Positions 13,501 to 26,631 of a stretch of 64,000 bases of DNA are shown piece after piece. A program made the translations under genes and the position numbers. The stretch's first letter is position 1; each line of letters starts with the position of its first letter. A model generated the notes under the pieces. It did not search any database. It was not told where the DNA came from and saw only the letters and a program-made list of their open reading frames with translations. This DNA comes from Octopus sinensis (Eukaryota). The stretch spans positions 806,001 to 870,000 of the forward strand of contig NW_021829832.1 in assembly GCF_006345805.1 (NCBI RefSeq). The letters run 5' to 3'.

Positions 13501-14468
13501 AAGTTACGTCACAACTCCAGAAAATGATTTTACTGAAAAACCGAATCAGATTAAAACTCTAAATAATCCAAATAAATTCCAAAGACCAGTTTATGACCCT
13601 CAAATCCATCAGAGCACTCCCATTTTATCGGAAAATAATTTAAAAATCGTAAAAAGAGAGGCAAATTCAACATATAACAAGAAACATCAAGGTAAAATAA
13701 ATAGTAAACAATAAAAATAATTTAGATGAGATATTTGAACCTTTATCTGATGAATATGTAAAGAGCATTAAACCATACGATAAAGAATTAAAGAACAAGA
13801 AGGATAATGAAAAAATACAAAATACAACCAAAACTAATTCTGATGGGGCATTTGAATTTTTTTCGAATGAGTTTGTAAAGGGAATTAAACCTTACAAAGA
13901 AAAATTAGATATCACGAAGGATTCCAGGAAAATGACAAATGATAAGAAAAATAATTCGAATAAAATATTCGAACATAATGAGTCTGTGACAGGCACCAAA
14001 CCATGCGAAACTTTATTTGTGAGAAAATATTCTCCAATTCAAAGTTGTAAATCTGCAACTCAAACTCCAAGAAATAATATTTCAACCAAACCAAAAATAA
14101 ACAGAATTAAAAGTGCCAAAATGAAAGAAATAAGTAAAATCTCAACTCCTGAGCCATTTTATTTGTCTGCTTTGTCGACACATGTTCAGAATGCTAGACT
14201 TGGTAGGTTTGTGGATGGAAATAGTTATTTTGGGTGTAAAAGTGCGCCAGCTGGCAAAATAAGGCAATTTAGAAACGGCTATCACATATTTAATTATCCG
14301 TTTCGAGAAATGTGCAGTTTATCAGTAATTGGATTGAAGATAACTGCCCACCCATCATACAGACCAGTTATTTTGGATTCTAAACAGGAGGACAAAGCAG
14401 ATTACATTGCTCCATCGCACTATCTCATAAATAGAATGAAATATCTGACTAATTTCAATAAAAAATGA
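7568..14468 (+). CDS. NACHT and WD40 repeat protein, NWD1/NWD2-like (multi-exon; 5' start uncertain)
   Basis: VRIFVSSTFT, ERNALIEKVYP, DMRWGI, CLDELKKC..SIGPYF (DUF4062-like N-terminus), LEEKHG, FWVPPIRRIPP, RQVPEQPL, RKISELPYHL, WD-like C-terminal half, then a long low-complexity tail; linked by ~22-34 nt GT-AG introns. Confidence 0.85.
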
Positions 14469-15595
14469 GTTATTATTAATTATAAACGTATGTAATCAGA
14501 GAACGGGACTGTCTTATTTGATGAGATTTCCTGTATGATAATTAGTTTTCACAGAATGTGAAAAGTTCCATTAGCTGTTACATATTTTGTGCTCTGATGA
14601 CTACCTATTTACAGATTTTACATCGAGTTTCCTCACAAATTTAAAAATTCTGTATTTTAAATCAGACCGTTCGGAATTGTATATTTAAAATAATAAGAAT
14701 ACGTTTTAGACTTTTTGAAAAATCTAGAGAGAAAGTTTAAACAAAATGCAAGATTTTAAAATTATTAATAAAAATCTGATTTCATTTTCTATTCCACTAA
14801 ATATTTATTCCAAGAAGTCAGGTACGAGTTTATATCAAACTTATTTTTGTACCTTCGTGTTTAAAAGGCTCTTGAATGTGTTTATAATCAAAAAGCGCAA
14901 CTTTTTACATATTTCGATTTTATGAAATCAGAAAGATTATTAAAGATGGTTTTACAGGAGATTTACATAGCTAAACCAAAAGAAAAAAAACTCTGCTTCC
15001 AACGTTTCTAGCTCCTGGTTCAAATTATTCTCTTTCTTTCCCGTTGTCTTAATTCTATATCCATTCGCTAGCACGATGATAAACACATTTCTCTTGCTCA
15101 TCGGTAAAGATCGCTGTTCATTCAGAATTCAACTCTGGTTGGCTGTTTGTCTTTCGTTTGCCCCCTAGTAGTGAGGCACCCTCTAACCGGAACGGACTTT
15201 CAGAAGCGCGTTTATCTTATTTAGTTTAAAGCAAACTCCTTCAAAGCAATATCTTTGAAGCTGTCGTAATTTCGTTCAACTTCTCTTTGGCTTCTCTGTG
15301 TGATACTGTTTCAAATTAACTCCTTAATATACCATCTCAATTCGCGGTTTACTAGTGACGGTTTTACCCGCACCAGCCTACTTGCAAGTTTCGGAGTCTA
15401 AATTGGCAAAAAACCACAGCCTAATGATGTCATAGTCTCTCAAGCAATATTGTACTAATTTGGGCTAATTACATCGAATTTCCGGTAAATAAGAATAAAG
15501 AAAACTCACATTTTAGACCATTAAAACCAGAATTTATGCACAACATTTAATGGAGGAAATAAAAAGCAAGAATAGAATAATATTAAAGGATAATG

Positions 15596-16296
15596 TCACC
15601 AGCAACAAGAACGACTATTCTTTTTGGACAAGTCCAAATGCTGCGACGAGCTTTCGAATCCGTCTTGGTCGAGGGCACAGCAAACATTTGCATGTTTCGA
15701 GGCCTGCTGAGCCACCTCGTAGAACGCCTCTTCCACATTCACCGAATTCTTAGCCGAAACCAGAAAATGGGGAATCTTGGCAATTTGCTGACACCAGGAC
15801 TCGGCTTGTTTTACCAAAGCCCGAAATTATCGCAATTCTTACTTGGTGATCAGGCAAATCGGACTTGTTGCCGAGTACCACAAAAGGAAAGGAGGCGGGA
15901 TTTGGAAGGTTGGACATTGCATGAAACCGATCCCTCCACCCATTCAACGACCGAAAGGAATCGGGACATGTCACATCATAAACAAGAATGCAGCAGTCGG
16001 CTCCTCGATAGTACGAGTTGCCAATGCTGTGCTGTTTTTCTTGTCCGGCAGTGTCCCACATCTATCATTAACCAACTCATGTCGCCTGCATTGAGACTTC
16101 CAGCCCGTCGACATTCACCGTTTTTGTAGAAAAGTCGGCGCCGATGGTCGGCTTGTAGACAGTGGAAAATGATCTACAGACGTACTTCTGCATGAGGGAC
16201 GTTTTACCGACACTGCCCACATCAGACAGAGATATACCCCATGTCGCCAATGATTACGACTTTGACGACAAGTCGCTTATTCGGAGATTTGAGCAT
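15596..16296 (-). CDS. Rab7-family small GTPase (divergent)
   Basis: KVVIIGDMG|[54 protein letters not shown]-terminal CC; three tiny introns. Confidence 0.88.
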
Positions 16297-16530
16297 CACT
16301 AGAATTATAACAAATATTCTGCTTTAATATATCAATTAAATTATATAATTATCAATTTAAAAAGAGTAATTTAAATGAACAGATCAATTTTAAAATACCC
16401 AAAAATTAATGTAATATACCGATAATATAATTTATTTAGACCATTGTTAATAATTTATGTAGAATATATAATTATGTGGAATATTATTAATAAATAAATT
16501 ATTCACAATATTTGGACTGTAGCATTCTCA

Positions 16531-16875
16531 ATGTCGCCCGTTTCTGATCTTTTAAAGAAGTATGAAAATATTGAAAAGGAAAAGACATCAGAGAACCTAA
16601 ATATCAAAAAGAACTTATCCAACCCCAAAAAATTGGTCATCAATCCTCAACTCAAGATTGTAAAGTCGGCCACACTTCCTATTTTCCTCAGTCCAATGTC
16701 TCACTCTCCTACCAATACTACCAACGAGGTGAATATCCTGCCAGAGACTTCCCCCAACACTACCAACGAGGTGAATACCTTGCCAGAGACTCCTCCCATT
16801 CGGCGTTGTCTCAAAAATGTTCCTTCTGGCCGATCTCCTCCCTCGTCTGTTTTTAAGCTTTTCGAAAATCAGTGA
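16531..16875 (+). CDS. Hypothetical 114-aa Pro/Ser/Thr-rich protein
   Basis: Single ATG ORF divergent from the Rab gene across an AT-rich spacer, followed by aataaa; internal 39-bp tandem duplication. Confidence 0.5.
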   Translation: MSPVSDLLKKYENIEKEKTSENLNIKKNLSNPKKLVINPQLKIVKSATLPIFLSPMSHSPTNTTNEVNILPETSPNTTNEVNTLPETPPIRRCLKNVPSGRSPPSSVFKLFENQ

Positions 16876-17265
16876 CGATTCCACGATTTATTAATTACAT
16901 TTTTAGCATTCTACACTTCATTAATCACCGCTAAACCACTTTTGAATAAAACTTTTTTTGTTTTACTAACATTTTTTCTTAGACTAAAGTCGATATTTAT
17001 GACGCAGCCAGTTAATGATTATTTACTGTCGTACATTTTGCTTACAACACTTCCCCGAGGGGATATCAAAAATCGAGAAAACTGCTTATTGAATCGAGTA
17101 AATGAAAATCACGAATAGAAATTATCACGATGAATAATCCAACTTTGAAATTATTAGACTCATAGACAACTTAATTATGATTTCCTGGCCGAACTAACAA
17201 GAATATTGAATTGTGCCTACTCAGAAGATATAAAGCAATGAACTAAAAATCAAATACGACTAAAA

Positions 17266-19124
17266 TCAGTCCCACAGTTTGATAACATTATCCCACCCAC
17301 AGGTAGCAATCTTGGAAGTCTCACGAGGGTGCCACCGCACGCAAATGCAGATTCCGTCATGCGCTTTGAAACGCAGCACCTGACGACCAGTCTTGAAATC
17401 CCAAGCAAAGCAGCGACCATCGGCATCGCCAGAAATGACAAAACTAAACTGACAAAATAAGAAAACTTGTTGTCCGGAGAAAAGTCCAAACCACAGGCGT
17501 AACCAGAGACCTAAAAATAAAAAGGACGACTAACGATATGTCCAGAAAACGTCTTCTTCCACATAATCCGGAATCTGTTCAATATGTTCATAACATATAT
17601 TTTGTTGTCGAGCGACTGGAGAAGCATCCACTTACCTACAAATAAATAAAAGGAACAACCATTAGAAGAATGGGCGGTGGTGGGCATTGAGTGAAGCTGT
17701 GGGTCAGCAATGTGTTTAAAGTCCACGGGAATATTCCTAGAATGGGAAAGGAGGCGTACCATTCCCAGATTCGAATGCTCTTGTCGTCTGAAGTGGAGAC
17801 AAATCGTCGGTTGTTGTCGACGAATGTGATGGAATTGATAGCATTGAGATGTCGGTCGTACTCCTGCGTGATCTCAGCACACCGAGTATCCCACTGCCCC
17901 GTCACACAAACCACTCACGCAGAGGATCTTCTTACTAGACGTGCCTGTGAGGAAAAAGTGTTGTTTGTCGTTGTCTGGATTGAACTTGACACAGTAGGGA
18001 ATATTCTTGTTGTTAAATCGGACGATCGACTGGCCAGTTTCCGTGTCCCACATACGAATGTTCCGATCGTACCCAGCACTCAAAAAACGGTCCCCGGCAT
18101 TGTTGAAGCAAACATCCCTCACCGCATTATGGTGTCCGTAGTAACTCTGAATACACCTCCTCTTCCCATAGACTTCCCAAATCTAAATACCACACACAGC
18201 CGACCTTCACAACTGCGTCCATTCCACATGAAAGGAGAAGGTGGGCAGAATTGGGGAACCATTTCATAGTCATGATCTGCTTGGTGTGTCCACTCCAAGT
18301 GTGAATCAGTTTCTTGGGAGTATAACACTTGGTCGGGACATAGTCCGTCTGGAGATTGATTCCCGCGTCGATGGGAGTGTTGATAAAAGACCTGCCCATG
18401 TAATCCACCGTCTCCGTCACTGCAATAACACAGAATCCTACCGTGGAGAACACTCTTCACGTCGTAATTGGTCTCCAGAGGGGCATTCCCCTTCTTTGCA
18501 TTCCTTTTCGCCACAATTTCGTTTAGTTCTTTCAGTTGGTCCTGATTGGGTCGACTCACTGCCTCCTCCCCCTCGAAGGGAGCCCAAGGCCCCATAAACC
18601 CCTCAATATCCCCGGCGTCGTCATTCCTCAGTCTCTTTCGCTTGTTGTTGATAGACTTGAGTTGGTAGTAGTCCACGTCCATCCACGTCTTCCCCACCTT
18701 CGTGCATCCGTCCGCGGGGTCGACGGCATGTCCTGTGGGTGAGGCCATGACATACTCATTGTGTGATATGTCAGTCTCTGATTGTCGAAACTGAATTCGT
18801 CTACAAAGCAGGGTTCTACGTAGGCGTTTAATATGTTTTTGGGGGCTCGTTTCTGGTTTGTCAGATTGGGGGTCTCCGGTCCCTGAATTGGGTCGAATAG
18901 TTCTGCGTATGTGGGGTTGTACTCCACTTTCTTCACCTCTTTTCCCACATATCTCGGCTGGTCAGATTTTAGCTGTGCTTTTAAAGGGAGAAATATACAT
19001 CTTGGTAGACCACAGGCGCGGACTCCACTTTGGGGAGTAACATTGATTGTTCTTGTTGGGGAGGACTGTTTTGCGTATTGCCCTCCTCGCTGTCGTCACT
19101 TTCGTAGCTTAAAATATTAATCAT
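17266..19124 (-). CDS. CDC40: Pre-mRNA processing factor 17 (WD40; start approximate)
   Basis: [79 protein letters not shown]. Confidence 0.95.
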
Positions 19125-19417
19125 TCTATAAACGCCATATTTTTTACAAAAGATAAACCAGAAAATGAATCCACAACAGACTGAATGTATTAATAATATT
19201 ATTGATATTTTATTAATAACATTATGGATATTATATTTATTATAGAAATATTTGTTTTGAATTCACTTGCCGGTTAAAATCATTTTAAAACGAGTTTAGC
19301 AAAGCTGCCAAGACTAGACTTTTGGCCAATTCCTCTTCTCACAACCGGAATTTATTGATATATTTTTATAAATTAAATATTTTTTTCAAATAATGTGATC
19401 AATAAATAGTTTATTTA

Positions 19418-20096
19418 ATGATACGTGTTTTGTTTCTTGTGCTGTTCTCTCATGCTGTACTGAACTACTCAGTCTACCTGAATGCAGACTCCACCCTATG
19501 TTTTCACGAGGTTGTAAGAGGAGAAGACAATAAGAAAATAAGATTTAAATACGAGGTAGTCGAAGGTGGCTTTCTTGACGTCGACGCCATGGTTGGTCCA
19601 AAGTGTGTCTACTCGCAGGTTACAGGCCCAAACAACAAAAAAATGTACAACGAGAGACGCAAAACGTCCGACGAATTGCAGTTCAAGGCAACTGTTTCTG
19701 GTCTGTACGAGGCGTGTCTGAGCAACAAGTTTTCCACCCTTGCCACCAAACATGTCACCTTCACCTTCCAAGTCGAGGACGAGAATTCAAAGTCAGTGGA
19801 GGACAGTTTGGGGGAGGCTCGCAACAATAGTCCCCGTTTTTGTTTACCTTAGCCGAACTCCTAAAACTGGTGGGGATGATCTGGAATAACTTGGAGAGGG
19901 TGAAAACTGAATACGAGTTTTTGTCGTCTCGGAATCACTATAAGCGTGTGAGTGCATTTCTCACCTTGTAGTGTCACAAATAACGAATCGACGAATCATT
20001 TGGCATGTCAGTGCCATGCTCTTCCTGGTACTCATTGTCAGTGTTGTCCATTTGTTTTATCTCAAACGTTTTTTCGAGTGTCGACGAATAATATAA
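19418..20096 (+). CDS. TMED2: p24/emp24 cargo receptor, TMED2-like
   Basis: Signal peptide, CFHE, YEVVEGGFLDVD, GLYEACLSNKFST, TM segment and FFECRRII* tail. Confidence 0.85.
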
Positions 20097-20468
20097 ATTA
20101 TTTGTTTGGGATTATCTGCTCTTACTAAATTATTCCCTTTTTGTACAATAGCTGCATATATCGACTGTGGATTGAGTGTGTTTTGAGTCTCTTTTTTCAT
20201 GTATTACAAAATAACTTAGCTACTAAGTCTTAAGAGTAGAGCATCATTTCTGAGATTCTATACTCTCGTGTTATTTACCGATTTTAGGTGACTAAACACG
20301 GTCTTATTTGAGACAGACGTTTCTTCATGGCAATGTTATTGTTGTGGGTATATTCTTGATAACAACATTTGTTGTGTTAAGAATAAGCAAACATTGAGTG
20401 CCATATTAAGTTGTACAATTTGTAGGCATCAAACCAATGTTAAAAGAAAACTTAGTTATAAGAATAAT

Positions 20469-22905
20469 TTATTGAATGCCCAACTCTTCTAGTTCAAATT
20501 GTTCGTCATCCTGGTCTTCTTCGTTGCTCGAATGGATAGGAGTAGTTGGTCTGGTGGACACTGGACTTACTAGTCCGACAGACGACATGTCTCCTTCGTC
20601 GTAGAATTGTCCTGTATGCCTCTGAAGGGCGAGTGTGCGGGCAGTCTTGTAATACTACAACCATTATATTGACGCAGAACTCTGCTCATGGATTTCCAGT
20701 CAATCAATTCACTTAGTCTTTCTGTTCTGTTACGAAGAATGGATCGCTGCCTCCTGTTCTTCAACGTGTATTCATACATAATCTGCACATTTGGGTATCA
20801 CTACTCTAACATTGGTCAGTTGTTGAATTGTCTCCTCGACAGTGGCATAACGTCTCTTCAGGATGTACACTCCGTAGTCGCTCGGCCGAGTTACCTTGTT
20901 CGCAATGTAGTTACCAAAGCCTGACAAATCCGTGGTCACGTTGGGCACTCCACTCACTACACTCTCAGCTATTTGACCATGTTTAAAAGGGTAAACCGGG
21001 TGTATACCCCCAAGGTTCGTAATAGGATGGAAAAATCCCCAAATGGCATCCGCGAATGAATTCCAAGTACTCCATTGGCAATAGAGGGTTGAACGAATTC
21101 AGAAATTCTGGGTGGAAGACCACCTGGCATACAAGCACTCCAACACCTTGACTCGGTGTTCTGGGGCGTTGATCAGATTGCAGCGGCGAATATCAGTGAG
21201 CACTGGGTCGCAACCGTCGTAGACCATATTGTGAGTACAAACGGGGGGTAGACTAGTCCTTTGAGCACTCTTTATGCATGTTTTTAGTTTGAGTATATCG
21301 TCAGGGGTCAGGATGTCGGTTGTCCCAGGAAGTTGTCCCCTTTCATTCAAAAAGAGCAAGTACCGAGAGGCAAAATCGAGGAGGCGATTCTTCAACGTAA
21401 TGTTGATCTCATCCACTGAATCCGAAATCTGTTTCCCGATGGCTGAGCCACGGAGGGTCTCAACATTAAAATTATTAACAGCAGCAGGGTAGATGATGAA
21501 GACGACGACTGTCATTTTGCTGTTCTCAGTCTACATCCGTGAAATAAAACTCAAACCATCAATTTATGGTTAAGGCGTGCGAGAGACTCGATTAGCACGT
21601 CCCCGCCTTTGTTTCGATATTCGTACCGCCCTGCAGTAAAGTAGAACAAAGTGTTATCGAGGTCAAAGTCCATACAACTGTTCTCTTTAAACACATCACT
21701 ACTACCCGTGGAAATGCCCCCTCACGAATGCATTGATTTTCTGTTTGTATTTCGCATGCAGATTCTGGAAGTCGTGGAGAGTTGCAAATTGGACAATGTT
21801 TAGACCGTTGGGGGTTATCACATCTAAACTATCTCACTCCATCAACCTGGAGCTCTCCCCAGAATATGCTTGGCCTCATATCCCGTTATTTCTGATACAG
21901 TAGTAAACACGTGACAACAGTGGGCAGCAGCCTTTTCGATACAATAGCGGGAGTAGATCAGCCTCTTCCCTGCCTCGTAGTCACACGACACCTTGCTGTA
22001 AGGAGTCATTGCTTACGTCCTCGATGTGGCTGTAAAGGTCGAAATTGGAGGCAGCCAGGTATCTTCCCAGGAGAGTCGCGTGGGTGGTGAAAATCAAAGC
22101 ACAGTTGCAGTTTCTCACTCGAAAAATGACGGCAGCCAGTCCAGCCTGCCATTCGTGGCAGTGGAAAATGATTTGAGCGGACAGGCCAATGTTTTTTCTG
22201 AACTAATCAATAATTATTAAGATATGATTAATCTATCCTACACTATCAACAGACAATCAATGAGGATCACTCTCTCTTAATATAAGCTGCTGTTTCTCGT
22301 TATAAAATAAGAATAAAATAAGCAGTACCTCGGAAATGTAGAGGAACATCAAATTCCCCAAAACAAGACAGTTATTGCACTCCGTGTCTTCGTCGCCAAA
22401 CCCAATGTGTGCGGCGTTCCAAAAGTCCTCCTTCCATTCGTCGAGTCTTGCCCAAACACTTCCCAACTCGAACAAAACCACATAAGGCGCACCCCCTATT
22501 AGCCACCGACCGCAATAAAGCTGATGTGGATTAATTTAAAAATACTTTAATTCCCATTTTTCTGAGTGTGGCTGCTGTCTCGACATGAGCTTTGTTGACA
22601 TGTTCGCACAACTCTATTTTGGAGAGCTGATCGGCTCCAAGGTACGGCCCGAACATGCAGTAATTGTCACCGTACTCCGCAGTAGAACATTCTGCTTTTG
22701 TGCTAATAACAGTGTGAAGGCCCCCGACTAAATTGTATATTTCAGTTTGAGTTTAACCTTTGTTGACTACTTCCCAACATGCTTCGAACAGCCAAATGTT
22801 CGCTGCAGCTATTGCTTGTCCACCATCAAAGGCGATTGGATCGGGATGTTCTTGTGGATCGGGGTTTAAATTTGCTGCACTTATTCTTCTACCGAAAATG
22901 CTCAT
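20469..22905 (-). CDS. GYS: Glycogen synthase
   Basis: [10 protein letters not shown]|[67 protein letters not shown]. Confidence 0.96.
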
Positions 22906-23860
22906 TGAATTTTAAAGATTAATTAGTTTTAATCCATAAAATATTTCTAATTTTAATTAAATTTTAATATTATTTAATTATTTGTTTCCAAACTTGAATT
23001 ATCTTTCTAACTTTATACCCTGTCAGTACAACCAAAGTCTGAGTTCTCAAATGAGAAACCCATATTATATTGATAAAAGTTTTGAGGAATTTGATTGACA
23101 GTTTTTCTTGGAACCACATGAAAAGAATGCTTCATCCCAGTTCTGGTGAAGATTTGAAATAAGTCTTTATCAGCTTTGATTTTTATCCATTAATTAAAAC
23201 GGCACTTGTCCAGACGCCTCACAATCGATTTAATCAGTCGTCTATTGTGGTCAGTAACCCCAAAGACTAGAATTTGACTATTTGTGTAGATTATTTTTCA
23301 TGTTTATTTATTATTTATGCACTTTCGCGATGCAAAGCTTGTGCAGTACAGGAAACAATAAGAATAATCAGCCTGAATAATCAGAATAATCAGTTCATTT
23401 CCCTCTGTCTTGGGTGACGCCTTGTTATGCGTCAAGATCCTCCCCGTCCTTTAGATTTTTTTCCACCCTCCGGAGGTCTCTGTTCAGTGTAACTTCCACG
23501 GAAACGTAGGAAGTCCGCTTCGAAATAGTCCTCCAAAACGGTGTTTGCCGGTGCCCTAAATTCATCCTTATTTTTATCCATGTTTATTTTTTTATCCATA
23601 AATTAGATTGCTGCCACATTATTTGATAAGTTGTGTTTATTGATTACGATAATTCGAAACTAAAAGAAGGGATAATAAATTATTCTGCAAATGTATTAGA
23701 ATCTGCAAATCGAATTCTAATTGCTTAAAAAAGAAGAAATGTGGTTAGACTGCTTGTTGACATTTACTGGGAAACAGATTAATTTCACAAAGTGCAACTG
23801 TCTTAATTAACTTTTTTTTTAATAAAATGGTTTATAATAATCAATGAAAAGATAGAATTA

Positions 23861-23917
23861 TGTTTATGGTGGATATGTAGCCTGGCGGATTGCCAAACTG
23901 TTTCCCCGGATAATGGC
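23861..23917 (+). repeat. Dispersed ~55-bp repeat (inverted copy at 59123-59177)
   Basis: tatgtagcctggcggattgccaaactgtttccccggataatggc matches the reverse complement of the 59123 copy with one mismatch in the core. Confidence 0.8.
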
Positions 23918-25372
23918 AATCGAGAGCCGGATTCTGATAAAAACTTAATTAACTGAATTCTGATAAAAATCAATTTACTGACTTTCATTTAAATTACTGA
24001 GATTTTGCCTGCCTCGCTAGCAGAAGGAGTGTGGGCTGAGTATCTCCGATTTCAGTGAACAAATTTTAGAATGATGTGAATTGATTAAAGTGAATTGATT
24101 AAAGTGAATTTCTATACAAAAATGCCAACATTTCTGTGAAAAGCGCACAGTCACCACTATGGACCATAAAAAGCTATGTGTCAGCCAAGTGTGGTTTATA
24201 TGTTATTCATGTTTTCTAAACTCCTTCAAAAGACTTTATTTAGCAGTCTAAATAGCCCGCATATTAAGTAGGCTCCACAACAAAGTCGTTAAAAGATGAT
24301 TATCGCGCATCACCTGCATATATCGTTGGCATTTGACCATCCCAAAACAATCTGGCTCTTCCAAAAGATTTCTTTTCATATCCTTAGAAGCAATTGTAGG
24401 GCGATCTTTTTGTCTGCATGAAAAAAGAACACAAAATTAAAAATCACAGGTTTACTTTAATTTAAATATTATACTCATTAGTTTATTTATTTTAGAATTA
24501 CAAGTTCATTATTCGAAATTTCCATTTATTTGATTTTATTTGAAAAAAAATCGCTATAAAATTTTTTAATTTCTTGGTTCGATTTTCGTTTTTTATTTGA
24601 ATATTCGCAATACTTGAAATAATTATTCGGTCCCATTTTTGAAGGCGGCGGAATGGTTATCGGGTAGTTCATGGCTACCACCTAAATTACTCCTTGACTT
24701 CAGACCTCATTCACCCCTCCTTTCGTCTTTAAAATCTTATTTTTTTCGACGAAATTCCGCCATAAATTACTGTCATATGTGGCAGGGACTTGATTTGCAA
24801 ATGGTGACTGAATTTTTCCTGCCTCGACCCACAGGAGGTGCGGGATATGATGATGTCGACTTTTCATACAGTGCTGCAATCGAATGTAAAACAAAAATAC
24901 TCGGTTTGCGTTTCTCGCAATTCCTCGGCAATCAAGAGCGAGTTCTGTTGTGGGCGGTGGTCTGGACACCAGTTTATTCAACGGGTTGTGTTTAAAACAG
25001 ATCATATTACTGAACTCCATTACGCAAAACTAATTATTGTTTCCCGGTAACGACTTTAATTTTGTAACGTTCAAATGGATATCAAATTCAAATAATTCGA
25101 AAATGATTAAAGTTAAACTAATAACTTACAACTTATATACTTCAGACCTATTATGTATGTCAGTATTTATGGATAAAATTTCATTTGATTTCAAAATGAT
25201 TTTATTAACAAATTTTGTTCGATCTCGTATTTGATTTAATGAACAATCATTTTCCGTAATATTCTTATTTTGTAAAAATTATTACATAAATTATTCTTCA
25301 CGCATTATTCGGAAAAAAGTGATTTATTCAAAAAATTAAAAAATTGTTGCTTAGAAGTGTTTTGATAGTTAA

Positions 25373-26631
25373 ATGACAATTTCACAGCAATTTGAGGATG
25401 ACGAACTAAAGTCGTGATGAAATGGATTTTATTTAGAATGCGAAAATCTGTGGCACTTGTTGGTAACCTGGAACGAAATGATTATTCAAAAATCACGGAA
25501 GAGGACATTAAACCACTCTGCAAAATTTTGAAGTCATATGAGGAGATTCAATTTCTCGACCTTTCGTTCAATGACATTAGCGACAAAGGAGTGGCCAGAA
25601 TCTGTTCCTTCGTAATTAAAAGTCCTCTCAGAGAATTGAACCTCCAAGGAAACAATATTTGTACAAAAGGGGCATGTGTGATCGCAGAGATGCTGACGGT
25701 GACCTTTATCAATAATAAATAGAAAACCGACAAATTGCAAATCCTAAACTTAAGGGCGAACAAATTCGGGAAAAAAGGAGGACTAGAAATTGCCAAGTCG
25801 TTAAGAGTTAATAACTCCCTGGTGGAACTCAACATAAGTGAAACTGATCAAGTATATTTAAATTATAAACACAGGAAATGGATTCGTTGATTGCATTCTC
25901 AATTGTCTTGTCCTCGTTCAACCAACTCGAACGTCTAAATGTCTCCAGACCGCTTTTATTTACGCAGGAAGAGGAATCGACTATACATTTCTCTAATATG
26001 CTTAAAGTACTAATAACTTTTTTAAAAGGTCAACACTTCTCTTACTGAAATCCACTTGGCAAAAATGGATATTGAAGATCTCGGAGCGATGTGGTTAGCA
26101 GACGCTCTGGTGTGTAATAAGACTCTAAAACTCCTCGATGTTTCGTGGTTAGTCGAGTTCTCAATGAAACAGCAACGGAATAACGTGCACGGGAGCATAC
26201 GAGATTGGAAGAATTTTAAAGGAAAACGAAACTTTAGAAATTCTTGACTTGAGTTGCAATGACCTCAAAGATGAAGGGGCTGTCGCAATAGCAGAGTCGC
26301 TGATTTGCCAGAACTCATTACAAATGTTACAAATTTGTGGAAAATCTAACTAGTTTGTCAGTCACCAACAATTCTATCAATGACCTGGGTCTGTGCAGTC
26401 TCTCCGACGGAGTGACTTTCAACAATATCCTCCATTCTTTGTATATATGGGGGAACCATCCAGGAGTCAACGCTGCACAAGTCCAAACCAAGTTTAAATT
26501 TATAGAGTCTTGCAAATTTGTTGTTGTCGGGTAGATTAGACAGTGACCATGTGGACTATCAACCATACGTCGTGGATGACGTAACTTACCTTGCATGGTG
26601 TCGCATTAAACCTTCAGAATTCAAATTGTGA
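25373..26631 (+). CDS. LRRC34: Leucine-rich repeat protein 34-like (RNI-like LRR, ciliary)
   Basis: RI-type LRRs, LNVSRPLLFTQEEESTIHF, LYIWGN, C-terminal VDYQPYVVDDVTYLA; start may extend upstream. Confidence 0.85.

Noticed and set aside
17691-18748. Long overlapping ORFs (192 aa on +, 209 aa on -) at CDC40, and similar ones at HSP60, ACADVL and Rab
   Set aside because: Antisense or alternative-frame shadows of GC-richer exons; no independent motifs
19343-19356. Recurring ccggaa/ccagaattt strings as an ETS-like promoter motif
   Set aside because: Also found downstream of genes and in TE debris; no consistent position
24639-25050. Overlapping 70-118 aa ORFs upstream of LRRC34
   Set aside because: No recognisable domain and non-ATG starts; probably decayed TE sequence
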